Origin: a virus
Lineage: Duplodnaviria; Caudoviricetes
Length of the DNA: 64,000 nucleotides
Strand: one strand, 5' to 3'
Virus record (IMG/VR): IMGVR_UViG_3300002026_000022
Coordinates: 3,057-67,056 of that record
This document shows, piece after piece, positions 38,853 to 49,600 of this stretch (positions within the stretch are counted from its first letter, which is position 1; each line of letters begins with the position of its first letter). Under the pieces are notes generated by a model. It was not told the origin of the DNA. It did no database searches and worked only from the letters and a program-made list of their open reading frames with translations. The translations under genes were made by a program, and so were the position numbers.

Positions 38853-41800
38853 ATGTTTGGATTTACCCCTCTCTCTAGTGTTCCCATTTCTAGCACCGAT
38901 ATATCAACGGCAGCAGTAAGAACCCTATCGACTGATCCAGCGTATTTTACAGTAACTGGTTTCGACATATACGAAACCATAGCACCAGTAGGATATTCCA
39001 ATGATGCTGGTGCATTAACATTAACAGGAAATGCAAACACCAATTTATTAAGAGGATACGCAGTTGTTGCATCTGCTGGTACATTATCATTAACTGGATT
39101 TGCGAATAATCTTCCAAAAGGTTCTGTATTTAATTCTGCATCAACCACATATGCAATAAGTGGGGTAGATGCAACTTTAGAATCGACTCATACTGATCCA
39201 GCATTCCAACAAAATGCATTCCAGAATGATGCATTCCAAACACTTCAAGCAGTAGCAAAAATATTAGCATGTGATGCTACTACACTTGTTATTAATGGTG
39301 CAGATGCATTCTTAGGTTCTCCACCAAAAGAAATTAATGCAGTAAGTACAACATACCTCATAAGTGGTAATAACGGACATCTTGCTAGATCGAATCTGTT
39401 TAATTCTGCAAGCACAACATATGTAATTTCTGGACAACTTGCAAATATAGTCAAGAGTCATTCGACACTCATTGGTACAGGCACATATGCAATCAATGGC
39501 CAATTGGCAGAGATCGATGTTGCTAGAAACTTCAATGCCGCAACTACAACTTATGCCATAACTGGTCAATTGGCAGAAATTGATGCTGCTAGAAACTTCA
39601 ATGCCACAAGTACAACATATTCATTAACCGGCAATGCAAACACTTCATTCACAATTGGTCATGGTATAAATTGTGCTGCTGGTGTAACTAACTTAACTGG
39701 TCTTTCAACAAGTAACAGTATTGCAGTACGTATTAATTCTAGTGCATATGCAATCTCTGGACAACTTGCTGAAATAGATAAGCAACACTATCTACCATCA
39801 AGTCCAAGTTCATACTATCAAACTGGATACGGAACATCTAATGTAATTTCGGCAAAACTCTCCACGAGTTCTTATTCAATCACCGGATTTGCAGCAGAAA
39901 TAGATAAAGACTATTCAGTAAATGCAAACCCATCGTCATATACCCTAAGTGGTGTATCGACAAAAAATCACATTGTAAATAAATTAGTTGCTGGTTATTA
40001 TCTCATCTATAAAGATGATCCTTGGAGACAATATGTTTCTCTTGGCATGCATATGGATGGTGCAGATAATGGCACTACATTTACTGATATTACTGGAAAA
40101 ACTGTATCTAGAATAGGTACTCCAGTAACAAAAACTGGGGTTAAACGATTTGGCACAGCATCTGCATTTTTTAATGGATCGACTGATGGTTTATCTGTGC
40201 CTAATAGTACAGATTTCGACTTTGAAAATAATAGTTTTACAATACAGGCATTTGTAAATTTATCTTCTCTACCAGCACATGGCGAATATAGAACAATTGT
40301 AAGTAGAGGTGATGGTGGTGGAGCATCAACTTCATTCTGGTTTTATATTGTAAATTTTGCAGGGACGTTTTATTTAGGTCTTAGTTACGGCGACGGAGCA
40401 TCGTTACAATCTTTTGTAGCTCAAATATCAATATCACCAGATGTAACATATCATGTTTTTGTTGAAAGAGCAGGAACCACATTAGTTTTAGGATTAGAAA
40501 ACAATGTAGTTGGTATTCAAGAAAGCATAACTGCTACAATACCTATAATTAATGCACCTCTTTATATTGGTGAAGCATCAAGTGCGTATAGAATACATGG
40601 GTACATTGATGATCTTCTCATTACAAAATACATACCTAGATATTTAAATAATTTCACCCCACCAACACAAGCATTTTCAGATATTTTAGATTACACCGCA
40701 CTACTTAAATCAGGTGTAGTATCCGCAAGTTCATCATCATATGCAATCACAGGTTTCGATACAAGTCTAAGTAAAGTTGGAACCTTTATTGCTGATTCTG
40801 GTGTATATGCAATTACTGGACAACTTGCTGAACTTGATGCCGCTAGAAACTTCAATGCTGCTACTACAACATATGTTGTTACTGGTTTCAGCACTAACCT
40901 TTATTCAACCAAGTATGGTAATTTAAACAGTAGTTCATATGCAATCACTGGTCAATTAGCAGAAATTGACAAGGGATATTCTGTATCTGGTGATAGTACA
41001 ACTTATGCAATCACTGGTTTCAGCACTAACCTATATTCAACCAAATATGGCAATTTAAGTGGCACAACATATGTCATAACAGGAACACCACTTGATACAG
41101 ATACAGGTAAGGTTGAAAACAATGAACCAACTTCGTATGTCATAAGTGGATATCCAACTAACTTATATTCAACCAAGTATGGTAATTTGGTTGCTAGTTC
41201 ATATGTTATTAATGGCAACCTTGCAAATATTGTTAAGGGATATTTCACCAATGAAGTTGCTGGCGTATATGCAATCACTGGATTCGCTGCAGAACTTGAT
41301 AGTGCTAAATCAACTAATCTGAATGCTGGAACATATGTCATAAGTGGATATGCTGCAGAGATTGATAGTACTAGATTGGGTGTTGCAGCAAGTGCAAATT
41401 ATGACATAACTGGATATGCTGCAGAACTAGATAGAACGAACATATTTGTTGCTAGTGCTAGTTCGTATAATTTGAGTGGTGTTGCACAATATAAACATGT
41501 AACAACATATTTACCATATGGTCATTATGAAGTAAGTGGTGAAAGTAACTTAATACCTAATAGTATGATGGTAGGTGCTGGTATTGGAACACCGCCTACT
41601 GGATGGTCAATGGATTCTGGATCTGGAATAACTGTTTCGGTAGTAGGTGTTGGAACAGATGTTTATCCTTATATTGATATCAGATTTAATGGTACTGCAT
41701 CTGCACTTTCATATCCATCATGGAATCAAGGGTGGGATGACAATGGTCCGTTAGCAAATATTGGTGATAAGTTTGTCGCAACAATTGATTTTAAATTAAT

Positions 41801-44800
41801 TGCTGGTACTAATCCAAACTTATTATTATCAATTAGAGAAAACAATATTAATGGTGGATATGTAAGTAATCAATCAGCATTAGTTGCAGTTGATGGTAAT
41901 TGGACAAGATTTACCCATACCGCAACAATGTTGTCGACTGGAACAAGAAGATCTAACTTCCATGTTATTCGTACAACTCCACAATTTGAAGTTGTTGATT
42001 TCACTGTTCGTGTTAGATCACCGCAATTTGAACGTGGTTCAATTGCTAACACATTTATACCGACTTATGGTGCTGCAGTCGACAGAGGTCGACCAGCAGA
42101 AATAGATGTACAAAGATTAGTAACTGCAGATACATCTTCATATGTAATTAATGGACAACCTGCAGCATTTAGTTCTACCAGAACATTAAGCGCAGTTTCG
42201 ACAACGTATGCAATCAACGGACAACCAACAGATCTAGACCTTGGTTTATCTGGCGTAGCATCACCAACAGCATATGCAATCACTGGATTCAATGCTGAAC
42301 TTGATACACAAAGAAACTTCGTTGCTACCAGTACAACATATGCAATCAACGGACAACCTGCAGAACTTGATGCACAGAAATCATTTAATGCTGCATCTAC
42401 TACTTACACACTCAATGGACAACTTACAAAATTAGATCTTACAAGGGTCATTAATTCTGTAAGTACTTCATATGCTATAACTGGCGCACCACTTGATACA
42501 GATGCTGGCAAGGTCGAGAATTTACAAGCAACGACCTATGCAATAAGCGGATTCGCTGCCGAACTTGATAGTGCTAGAAAACTCAATGCAGTTTCAACAA
42601 CATATGCAATCAATGGACAACCTGCTGAAATCGATAGTGCTAGAAACTTCGTTGCTACCAATACAACATATGCAATCAACGGATTCAGTGCTGAACTTGA
42701 TGCTGTTAAAAACATTGTTGCTTCAAGCACCACATATACAATCACTGGATTCAATGTTGAAATTGATGCATTTAGAAACATCAGTGCAGTTTCGACAACT
42801 TACACAATCAATGGTCAGTTGGCAGAACTTGATACATCTAGAAACTTCACTGCATCATCTACAACATATGCAATTAATGGACAACCTGCAGAACTTGATG
42901 CACAGAAATCATTCGTTCTTGAATCTACGACTTATGCAATCAGTGGTAGATCAACTGCAAACATTATCAGTTCTAAAGAATCGCCAAGTGCATACACACT
43001 CACTGGTTTCAATGCAACGACAGTTAAAGGTTACTTCACCAATGAAGTTGCTGGCACATATGCAATCAGTGGTAACGGATTATCATCAAGTGTTGTTGTC
43101 AAGTTATTACCAACCACTTATGTAATCAATGGTACTAATCTTGATACAGATACGGGTAAAGTTGAAAATCTACAAGCAACAACTTATGCAATCAGTGGTA
43201 GATCAACTGCTAACAATATCAGTTCTGTTGAAACAAGTGGCACATATGCAATCACTGGTTATGCAGCATCGATTGTCAAAGGCAGTTCGACTACATTCAG
43301 TTCTGGCACATATGCAATTAATGGATTTGCAACTAATCTATATTCAACCAAGTATGGTAATTTGGTTGCTGGTTCATATGCTATCAATGGTACTAACCTT
43401 GATACTGATACGGGCAAGGTTGAAAATCTACAAGCAACAACTTATGTCATAACTGGATTTGCAACCAATCTATATTCAACCAAGTATGGTAATTTGGTTG
43501 CTGGTTCGTATGCCATATCTGGACAGAATGCGAATGTTGTTAAGGGATATTTTACCAATGAAATTGCTGGTGCATATTCATTAACTGGATATGACACTGA
43601 TCTAGATAGATCAACAGCATTTGTTGCAAGTGCTGGTTCGTATAGTTTGAATGGTTCAATTACTGCTAATAATTTAACAACATATTTGCCATATGGTCAT
43701 TATGAAGTAAGTGGTGAAAGTAACTTAATACCTAATAGTATGATGGTAGGTGCTGGTATTGGAACACCACCTACTGGATGGTCAATATTGACTGGCGGAA
43801 ATGGACTTACTACTAGCATAGTTGGAATAGGAACTGATGTATATCCATATATTGATATTAGAATCAATGGTACTGCTACAGGAGAAAATTATTCTGGGTC
43901 TTGGATAACTCAAAGTCCAACACCATTAACAGTTAATAATGAATTATATTCTGCAAGTATTGATTCTAAGATAATAAGTGGAAGCACACCAAAAACAATT
44001 CAATTTCATATCAGAGAACACCCATTAAATACTGTAGATTATCTATATTCAAACTCTACAAGTTTATCCCTAACTGGTTCTTGGGTTAATAATATTGTTA
44101 CAAGAAATATCTCACACCCGTTAGCAAGAAGAGTAACATTATTATTCTTTGGATATTATATTAATGGTGATGTTGTTGATGTTACATTCAGAATTAGATC
44201 ACCACAATTCAATCGTGGCACATTACAATCCTTCCTACCAACTTATGGTACTGCAGTCGACAGAGGTCGTCCAGCAGAAATAGATGCACAAAGATTAGTA
44301 ACTGCAAATACATCTTCATATGTAATCAATGGCAATGATGCAGATTTAGATAAATCTGCCACTGCCAATTTTGTATCAGGCACATATGCAATCACAGGAT
44401 TCGCAAACGGTACAAGATCAACATATGTAACAAATGCATCTAGCACTACTTACAATATCACTGGCACACCACTTGATACTGACACTGGTCTTGTTGAGAA
44501 CAATGAACCAACATCATATGTAATCACTGGTTACTCAACTAACTTATATTCAACCAAGTATGTCAATTTAAGTAGCACAACCTACACATTAACTGGTTTC
44601 AATGCTGAACTTGATAAGGGATATTCAACTCTTATCAATGCAACAACTTATGCAATCACAGGACAACTTGCAGAGATAGATGCACAAAGAAACTTCAATG
44701 CATCTACATCATCATATGTCATAAGTGGATTTGACACTGAATTTGATATATCTAGAAACTTCAATGCCACATCTACCACATATGCAATCAATGGGCAACT

Positions 44801-47800
44801 TGCAGAAATTGATGCCGCTAGAAACTTCAATGCTTCAAGCACAACATATGTAATAAATGGACAACCTGCAGAACTTGATAAAGGTTATTCAACACTAATA
44901 AGTTCTGGTTCATATGCAATTAATGGTCAACTCGCTGAACTTGATAATGCTAGAAACTTCAATGCTGCTACTACCACATATGTAATTAATGGACAACCTG
45001 CACAATTCCGTGTAACTGAAGTTCTTAGTGCTAATACCACAACATATGTAATCAACGGAATACCTGCTGAACTCAATGCAAGTACATTTGGTGTTGCAAA
45101 TCCTGGCATATTTACATTAACTGGCAACAGAATCGGTGTTGCATTAAGTGAAAAATTAGATCCAACAACAATTTCGATTGTTGGAGCAAATGCGAATGTA
45201 GTTAAGGGATACTCAACATTCCTAAATTCTGGTTCATATGCAATCAATGGAACTGCACTTGATACAGATACTGGATTGGTTGAAAATAACCAACCAACGT
45301 CATATGTAATTACGGGTTACAGTGCTAATCTTGATTCAGTACATTTTGTTAATGCATCATCTACAACATATGTAATCAACGGACAACTTGCTGAACTTGA
45401 TGCCGCTAGAAACTTCACTGCATCATCTACAACTTATGTACTCAATGGTCAAACAGCAACAACTACTGCAACTAGATTAAATGTTGCATCAAGTACTACA
45501 TACATCATCAACGGCACTGATCTTGATACTGATACAGGTAAGACCGAGAATCTGCAATCTACAACTTATGTAATTACTGGTGTATCGACTGCTAACAATA
45601 TCGGTTCAGTTGAATCTTCTGGTGTATATGTCATAACTGGTTTCGATGCAACAACAGTTAAGGGATATTCAACCCTAATCAGTTCTGGTACATACAACCT
45701 TAACGGTCAATTGGCAGAAATTGATGCAACCAGATTAATCAATAATGCACCTACGTCATATGTAATCAATGGTCAATCTACATCATTGTCAACCGTTGGT
45801 ATGTTCGATGCTGGTTCATATGTTATCAATGGTCAATTAGCAGAGATCGATGCTGCAAGAACAACATCATTAGATAATACAACATATGCGATCAATGGTC
45901 AATCTGCGAATGTAAATAAGGGTTATTCAACCTTCATTGATATAGCATCATATACAATCAATGAGGTTGCTGCAGAGATTGATGCGACCAGATTACTTAG
46001 TGCATCAAGTGGTTCATATGTCATTAATGGAACTACACTTGATACTGACACCGGTCTAATTGAGAATAATGAACCAACAACATATGTTATAACTGGTCAA
46101 GCAACTGATATTGATGTTGCTAGAATAATTAGCAATGCACCAACAACTTATATAATTACAGGGTACGATGCATCAACTGTCAAGGGATATTCAACTCTAA
46201 TCAGTTCTAGTACATACACAATTAATGGTCAAGCAATCGACATTGATGTTGCCAGATTATTAAATAGTGCTAGTGGCACATATGTAATCAATGGATATCT
46301 TGCTTCATTAGGTGCTGCAAGTGCTGCAGACTCTGGAAATTATACATTAACTGGTTTCAATGCAACACTCAATGTAACAAGACAAACATCGTTAGATGCA
46401 ACCACATATACATTAACTGGTCAGTTTGCAAATGTTGTTAAAGGATATTCTGCATTAATTGAATCTAGTACATATGCAATCAATGGGCAAGCAATCGACA
46501 TTGATATTTCTAGGTTGCTCAACAGTGACAGTACGACTTATGTAATTACTGGGTATTTAACTGATCTTGACACTTCGTTAATAGGCATCGCAAGTGCAAG
46601 CAATTATGTGTTAACTGGATATGACGCAGAGATTGACACAACAAGATTACTGAATTCTTCAAGTACAACATATGTAATCAATGGCGATTCTGCAAATATA
46701 GTTAAGGGATACTCAACACTAATTGGTTCTGGCACATACAATCTTAACGGTCAAGCAATCGATACAGATGTTACTAGATTACTCAATAGCACATCTACAA
46801 CATATATCATCAATGGTTATTCTGCATCATTGGGTGCTGCAAGTCTATTAGATTATGGCACATACAATATTACTGGTGCAAATCTTGGTGAATCTCTATC
46901 AGTCAAACTTGATTCAAGCACATACACATTAACTGGATTCAATGCCGCAACAGTTAAGGGTTACTCAACAATTGAATCCAGTAGCACATATACAATCAAT
47001 GGCAACAACACCAAATTTGCACTTACGTCAAATGCAAGTTCTGGCGCATATGTAATCAATGGATTCAATGCAGACCTAAGTGCAAGTATCAATGGTGTTG
47101 CAAATTCTGGTGCATACACACTTAACGGGTTTGCTGCAGAACTTGATGCACAAAGAATTCTCACATTATCATCTACCACATATGCAATCAACGGTCAAAT
47201 AGCAGAAATTGACAAGGGATATTTTGTATCCTGCAACAGTAGTTCATATGTAATAAATGCTAACAACGTCAAGGTTAATTTAGACGTTAAACTGACCTCT
47301 GGTTCATATGTAATCAATGGCATCCTTGCTGAACTTGATGCCTCAATTATTGGCATCAACACTTCTGGTTCATATACACTCAATGATGTGGATTCATCAT
47401 TAACAAAGACCTCACTTGTTAATAATGCACCTACGTCATATGTAATCAATGGTGGTGATACAAGTGTCACCCGCACTGTTAATGTTGATGTTGAATCTGG
47501 TTCATACATCATCAATGGCAGTGATATATTTGCTGAAATTATCATTGACAAGACCCTCATTGCATATCCAGATACATACATCATTAATGGATCTGACGTT
47601 GATCACAGACAGTCGTTTATATTCGATGCAGAACAAGGCACATATGTAATCGATGGCAACATTATCACTGCTCTCAGACCATATGAGTTCAATGCTGATT
47701 CTGGTGCATACCTCATCAATGGTCGTGACATCATCGAATTCAAGATCGATGATAACTACATCATCTATTACAAACCAAAACGTGAAACTGCACATTTAAG

Positions 47801-47951
47801 AAGACTTGAGAAAGATATTCCATTCAGAAAACTCCATAACATCATAGAGTTAAGACCGTTACACAACACCGTAACATTTGCCATACCAAAACACCTTATC
47901 GAGGTAAGAGAGTTAGATTTCACCATAAATAATATAAAGTTTAAGGATTAA
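38853..47951 (+). CDS. Giant 22-residue-repeat fibre (3032 aa) with one LamG-like and two jelly-roll/CBM-like inserts
   Basis: Repeat consensus Y(A/V)I(N/T)G..A(E/N)(I/L)D..R.F.A..TT. LamG-like insert at ~40020-40690 (GMHMDGADNGTTFTD, FTIQAFV). Two NLIPNS...SPQF.RG modules. Confidence 0.8.
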   Translation: MFGFTPLSSVPISSTDISTAAVRTLSTDPAYFTVTGFDIYETIAPVGYSNDAGALTLTGNANTNLLRGYAVVASAGTLSLTGFANNLPKGSVFNSASTTYAISGVDATLESTHTDPAFQQNAFQNDAFQTLQAVAKILACDATTLVINGADAFLGSPPKEINAVSTTYLISGNNGHLARSNLFNSASTTYVISGQLANIVKSHSTLIGTGTYAINGQLAEIDVARNFNAATTTYAITGQLAEIDAARNFNATSTTYSLTGNANTSFTIGHGINCAAGVTNLTGLSTSNSIAVRINSSAYAISGQLAEIDKQHYLPSSPSSYYQTGYGTSNVISAKLSTSSYSITGFAAEIDKDYSVNANPSSYTLSGVSTKNHIVNKLVAGYYLIYKDDPWRQYVSLGMHMDGADNGTTFTDITGKTVSRIGTPVTKTGVKRFGTASAFFNGSTDGLSVPNSTDFDFENNSFTIQAFVNLSSLPAHGEYRTIVSRGDGGGASTSFWFYIVNFAGTFYLGLSYGDGASLQSFVAQISISPDVTYHVFVERAGTTLVLGLENNVVGIQESITATIPIINAPLYIGEASSAYRIHGYIDDLLITKYIPRYLNNFTPPTQAFSDILDYTALLKSGVVSASSSSYAITGFDTSLSKVGTFIADSGVYAITGQLAELDAARNFNAATTTYVVTGFSTNLYSTKYGNLNSSSYAITGQLAEIDKGYSVSGDSTTYAITGFSTNLYSTKYGNLSGTTYVITGTPLDTDTGKVENNEPTSYVISGYPTNLYSTKYGNLVASSYVINGNLANIVKGYFTNEVAGVYAITGFAAELDSAKSTNLNAGTYVISGYAAEIDSTRLGVAASANYDITGYAAELDRTNIFVASASSYNLSGVAQYKHVTTYLPYGHYEVSGESNLIPNSMMVGAGIGTPPTGWSMDSGSGITVSVVGVGTDVYPYIDIRFNGTASALSYPSWNQGWDDNGPLANIGDKFVATIDFKLIAGTNPNLLLSIRENNINGGYVSNQSALVAVDGNWTRFTHTATMLSTGTRRSNFHVIRTTPQFEVVDFTVRVRSPQFERGSIANTFIPTYGAAVDRGRPAEIDVQRLVTADTSSYVINGQPAAFSSTRTLSAVSTTYAINGQPTDLDLGLSGVASPTAYAITGFNAELDTQRNFVATSTTYAINGQPAELDAQKSFNAASTTYTLNGQLTKLDLTRVINSVSTSYAITGAPLDTDAGKVENLQATTYAISGFAAELDSARKLNAVSTTYAINGQPAEIDSARNFVATNTTYAINGFSAELDAVKNIVASSTTYTITGFNVEIDAFRNISAVSTTYTINGQLAELDTSRNFTASSTTYAINGQPAELDAQKSFVLESTTYAISGRSTANIISSKESPSAYTLTGFNATTVKGYFTNEVAGTYAISGNGLSSSVVVKLLPTTYVINGTNLDTDTGKVENLQATTYAISGRSTANNISSVETSGTYAITGYAASIVKGSSTTFSSGTYAINGFATNLYSTKYGNLVAGSYAINGTNLDTDTGKVENLQATTYVITGFATNLYSTKYGNLVAGSYAISGQNANVVKGYFTNEIAGAYSLTGYDTDLDRSTAFVASAGSYSLNGSITANNLTTYLPYGHYEVSGESNLIPNSMMVGAGIGTPPTGWSILTGGNGLTTSIVGIGTDVYPYIDIRINGTATGENYSGSWITQSPTPLTVNNELYSASIDSKIISGSTPKTIQFHIREHPLNTVDYLYSNSTSLSLTGSWVNNIVTRNISHPLARRVTLLFFGYYINGDVVDVTFRIRSPQFNRGTLQSFLPTYGTAVDRGRPAEIDAQRLVTANTSSYVINGNDADLDKSATANFVSGTYAITGFANGTRSTYVTNASSTTYNITGTPLDTDTGLVENNEPTSYVITGYSTNLYSTKYVNLSSTTYTLTGFNAELDKGYSTLINATTYAITGQLAEIDAQRNFNASTSSYVISGFDTEFDISRNFNATSTTYAINGQLAEIDAARNFNASSTTYVINGQPAELDKGYSTLISSGSYAINGQLAELDNARNFNAATTTYVINGQPAQFRVTEVLSANTTTYVINGIPAELNASTFGVANPGIFTLTGNRIGVALSEKLDPTTISIVGANANVVKGYSTFLNSGSYAINGTALDTDTGLVENNQPTSYVITGYSANLDSVHFVNASSTTYVINGQLAELDAARNFTASSTTYVLNGQTATTTATRLNVASSTTYIINGTDLDTDTGKTENLQSTTYVITGVSTANNIGSVESSGVYVITGFDATTVKGYSTLISSGTYNLNGQLAEIDATRLINNAPTSYVINGQSTSLSTVGMFDAGSYVINGQLAEIDAARTTSLDNTTYAINGQSANVNKGYSTFIDIASYTINEVAAEIDATRLLSASSGSYVINGTTLDTDTGLIENNEPTTYVITGQATDIDVARIISNAPTTYIITGYDASTVKGYSTLISSSTYTINGQAIDIDVARLLNSASGTYVINGYLASLGAASAADSGNYTLTGFNATLNVTRQTSLDATTYTLTGQFANVVKGYSALIESSTYAINGQAIDIDISRLLNSDSTTYVITGYLTDLDTSLIGIASASNYVLTGYDAEIDTTRLLNSSSTTYVINGDSANIVKGYSTLIGSGTYNLNGQAIDTDVTRLLNSTSTTYIINGYSASLGAASLLDYGTYNITGANLGESLSVKLDSSTYTLTGFNAATVKGYSTIESSSTYTINGNNTKFALTSNASSGAYVINGFNADLSASINGVANSGAYTLNGFAAELDAQRILTLSSTTYAINGQIAEIDKGYFVSCNSSSYVINANNVKVNLDVKLTSGSYVINGILAELDASIIGINTSGSYTLNDVDSSLTKTSLVNNAPTSYVINGGDTSVTRTVNVDVESGSYIINGSDIFAEIIIDKTLIAYPDTYIINGSDVDHRQSFIFDAEQGTYVIDGNIITALRPYEFNADSGAYLINGRDIIEFKIDDNYIIYYKPKRETAHLRRLEKDIPFRKLHNIIELRPLHNTVTFAIPKHLIEVRELDFTINNIKFKD
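41501..41611 (+). repeat. 111-bp direct repeat, copy 1 (copy 2 at 43676-43786)
   Basis: The two copies differ at only 2 positions by eye; offset 2175 nt, in frame. Confidence 0.9.
43676..43786 (+). repeat. 111-bp direct repeat, copy 2
   Basis: Near-identical to 41501-41611. Confidence 0.9.
47924..47931 (+). promoter_or_regulatory. Possible late promoter (CATAAATA) inside the 3' end of the fibre gene
   Basis: Lies 23 nt upstream of ORF 47954 and could also serve gp13. Confidence 0.5.
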
Positions 47952-47953
47952 TT

Positions 47954-48241
47954 ATGTCACTAAGTATAAAAGACCCCGCAGAAGAGATTTACGTCACATT
48001 CGATTTTTCGACACAATATCTTGTTGTTGATACGCCAGAAGTGACTGTAAGTGCAGAGAACAAATTGGATGACATTCCTGAAATGAAGGAAGGTGTTCCT
48101 GTTATTGTTGATGATAACAAGGTAATTCAACGAATCGTGGGTGGAGTTTCTGGTAAAAAATATGACCTAAGATGCAAGGTCAATACTGAAACCACAGAAA
48201 TTGTTGTGGCAAAAGACGTTTTAATCGTCAAGAATCTGTAA
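47954..48241 (+). CDS. Small fibre-adaptor-like protein
   Basis: KDPAEEIYVTFDF...IVGGVSGKKYDLRCKVNT, a small Ig-like phage family. Confidence 0.6.
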   Translation: MSLSIKDPAEEIYVTFDFSTQYLVVDTPEVTVSAENKLDDIPEMKEGVPVIVDDNKVIQRIVGGVSGKKYDLRCKVNTETTEIVVAKDVLIVKNL

Positions 48242-48250
48242 GGAATAACT

Positions 48251-49189
48251 ATGCCAATTTACACTAGACAAGATCATGCAGACTACTGCCTAAGACAATT
48301 AGGTGGTGGGGTAATCAATATTGAAATATCAGATGAACAGATCGAAGACAACCTTGATCGTTCTTTGAAGTCATACACAGAATGGCATTTCGATGGTATT
48401 GAACGTGATTATCTAAGACATCAGATCACGGCAACCAAAATTACTGTTGCAGATATAACAGGATTCGCAGTCAATGACACACTCACCACTACACAGGGTG
48501 CAAGTGCAACTATCACTGCCATTGATGGAAATATCATCACTACTGCAAAGAATCTAGGTGAAGAATTTGCCAAGAATCAAACTATCACTAATGGTGTTGT
48601 ATCAAAGACAATTACAATAGTAGAGATCGGTGATCTCGATAATGGATTTATTGAAGTTGATGATTATGTCGTTAGCGTATTAAAGGTTCTCAATATCACT
48701 AACGTGTTCAGTTCATCCAATACATTATGGGATCCTAAATATCAACTCATGATGCAAGAGATTCGTAATCTAACGTCATCTGGTGGAACACAGTATTACT
48801 ACTCAATGATGAATTATTTGTCCCATCTTGACTTTGTTCTCAAGAAAGAAAAGTCATTCAGATTCAACCGTCGCATGAATAGAATTTATCTTGATGTAAA
48901 TTGGACAGGTGAAATGGTTGTTGGTGATTGGGTTGCGATTGAAGTTTACAAAATGCTTGATCCAGATTCATACAATGAAATTTATGAAGACCTTTGGCTT
49001 ACTAGATATACCACCGCACTGTTCAAAAAACAATGGGGTAGCAATCTTAAAAAATATTCTGGTATGCAATTGCCAGGTGGTGTTACCTATGATGGACAGC
49101 AGATTTATGACGAGGCAGTCAATGAAATTAAAGATCTAGAAATTGAAGCAAAGGAAATGAGCGCACCTCTTGAATTTATGATTGGTTAA
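48251..49189 (+). CDS. gp13: Neck protein gp13
   Basis: TRQDHADYCLRQLG..VINIE..DEQIED, WHFDG, FRFNRRMNRIYLD, KKQWGSNLKKY.GMQLPGGVT. Confidence 0.94.
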   Translation: MPIYTRQDHADYCLRQLGGGVINIEISDEQIEDNLDRSLKSYTEWHFDGIERDYLRHQITATKITVADITGFAVNDTLTTTQGASATITAIDGNIITTAKNLGEEFAKNQTITNGVVSKTITIVEIGDLDNGFIEVDDYVVSVLKVLNITNVFSSSNTLWDPKYQLMMQEIRNLTSSGGTQYYYSMMNYLSHLDFVLKKEKSFRFNRRMNRIYLDVNWTGEMVVGDWVAIEVYKMLDPDSYNEIYEDLWLTRYTTALFKKQWGSNLKKYSGMQLPGGVTYDGQQIYDEAVNEIKDLEIEAKEMSAPLEFMIG

Positions 49190-49201
49190 AGGAGATACAC
49201 A

Positions 49202-49600
49202 ATGGGATTTTTGACAAAGTTTTTCGAGATTATTGGAATTCGTGGTATAATTATCATTCTTCTACTATTGTTCATTGGTGCAGAGACATTGGTAATCAAG
49301 TCTCTTCGTGTCAAGAATAATGGGTTACAAGATAACATCATTACACTAAACACACAGATTTCTCATCTGAAAGATAAAATCAAGGATCAAAATGATGCTG
49401 TTGATAAAGCAGCAAAGGATAAAGAAGATCTTGACAATCGATTGAAACAGAATGATGGAAAAATTGCTTCTCTAAATAAAGAGAATGCTGCATTGAAAGG
49501 TAAATTGGAAAAGTCACCATTAGCAGTTGATTGTAAAGCAGCAATGGTTGAACTTAAGTCGCAATCTGATATAGCTATCAAGAACTGGAACAAGAAATGA
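49202..49600 (+). CDS. Inner-membrane spanin (Rz-like)
   Basis: N-terminal TM (IIIILLLLFIG) followed by a long coiled coil; coupled to a lipoprotein gene. Confidence 0.7.
   Translation: MGFLTKFFEIIGIRGIIIILLLLFIGAETLVIKSLRVKNNGLQDNIITLNTQISHLKDKIKDQNDAVDKAAKDKEDLDNRLKQNDGKIASLNKENAALKGKLEKSPLAVDCKAAMVELKSQSDIAIKNWNKK

Larger units (their letters stand above)
39400..47750 (+). repeat. Degenerate ~66-bp coding tandem repeats
   Basis: For example tatgcaatcaatggccaattggcagagatcgatgttgctagaaacttcaatgcc is followed 66 nt later by tatgccataactggtcaattggcagaaattgatgctgctagaaacttcaatgcc. Confidence 0.85.

Noticed and set aside
41501-44332. Duplicated cassette as a DGR template/variable repeat pair
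   Set aside because: No reverse transcriptase in the window; differences are not confined to adenines (both A/G and G/A occur); both copies are coding and mid-protein.
38853-47951. Regularly spaced DNA repeats as a CRISPR array
   Set aside because: The repeats are degenerate at synonymous positions, keep a 66-nt in-frame period inside one ORF, have no unique spacers, and no cas genes are present.
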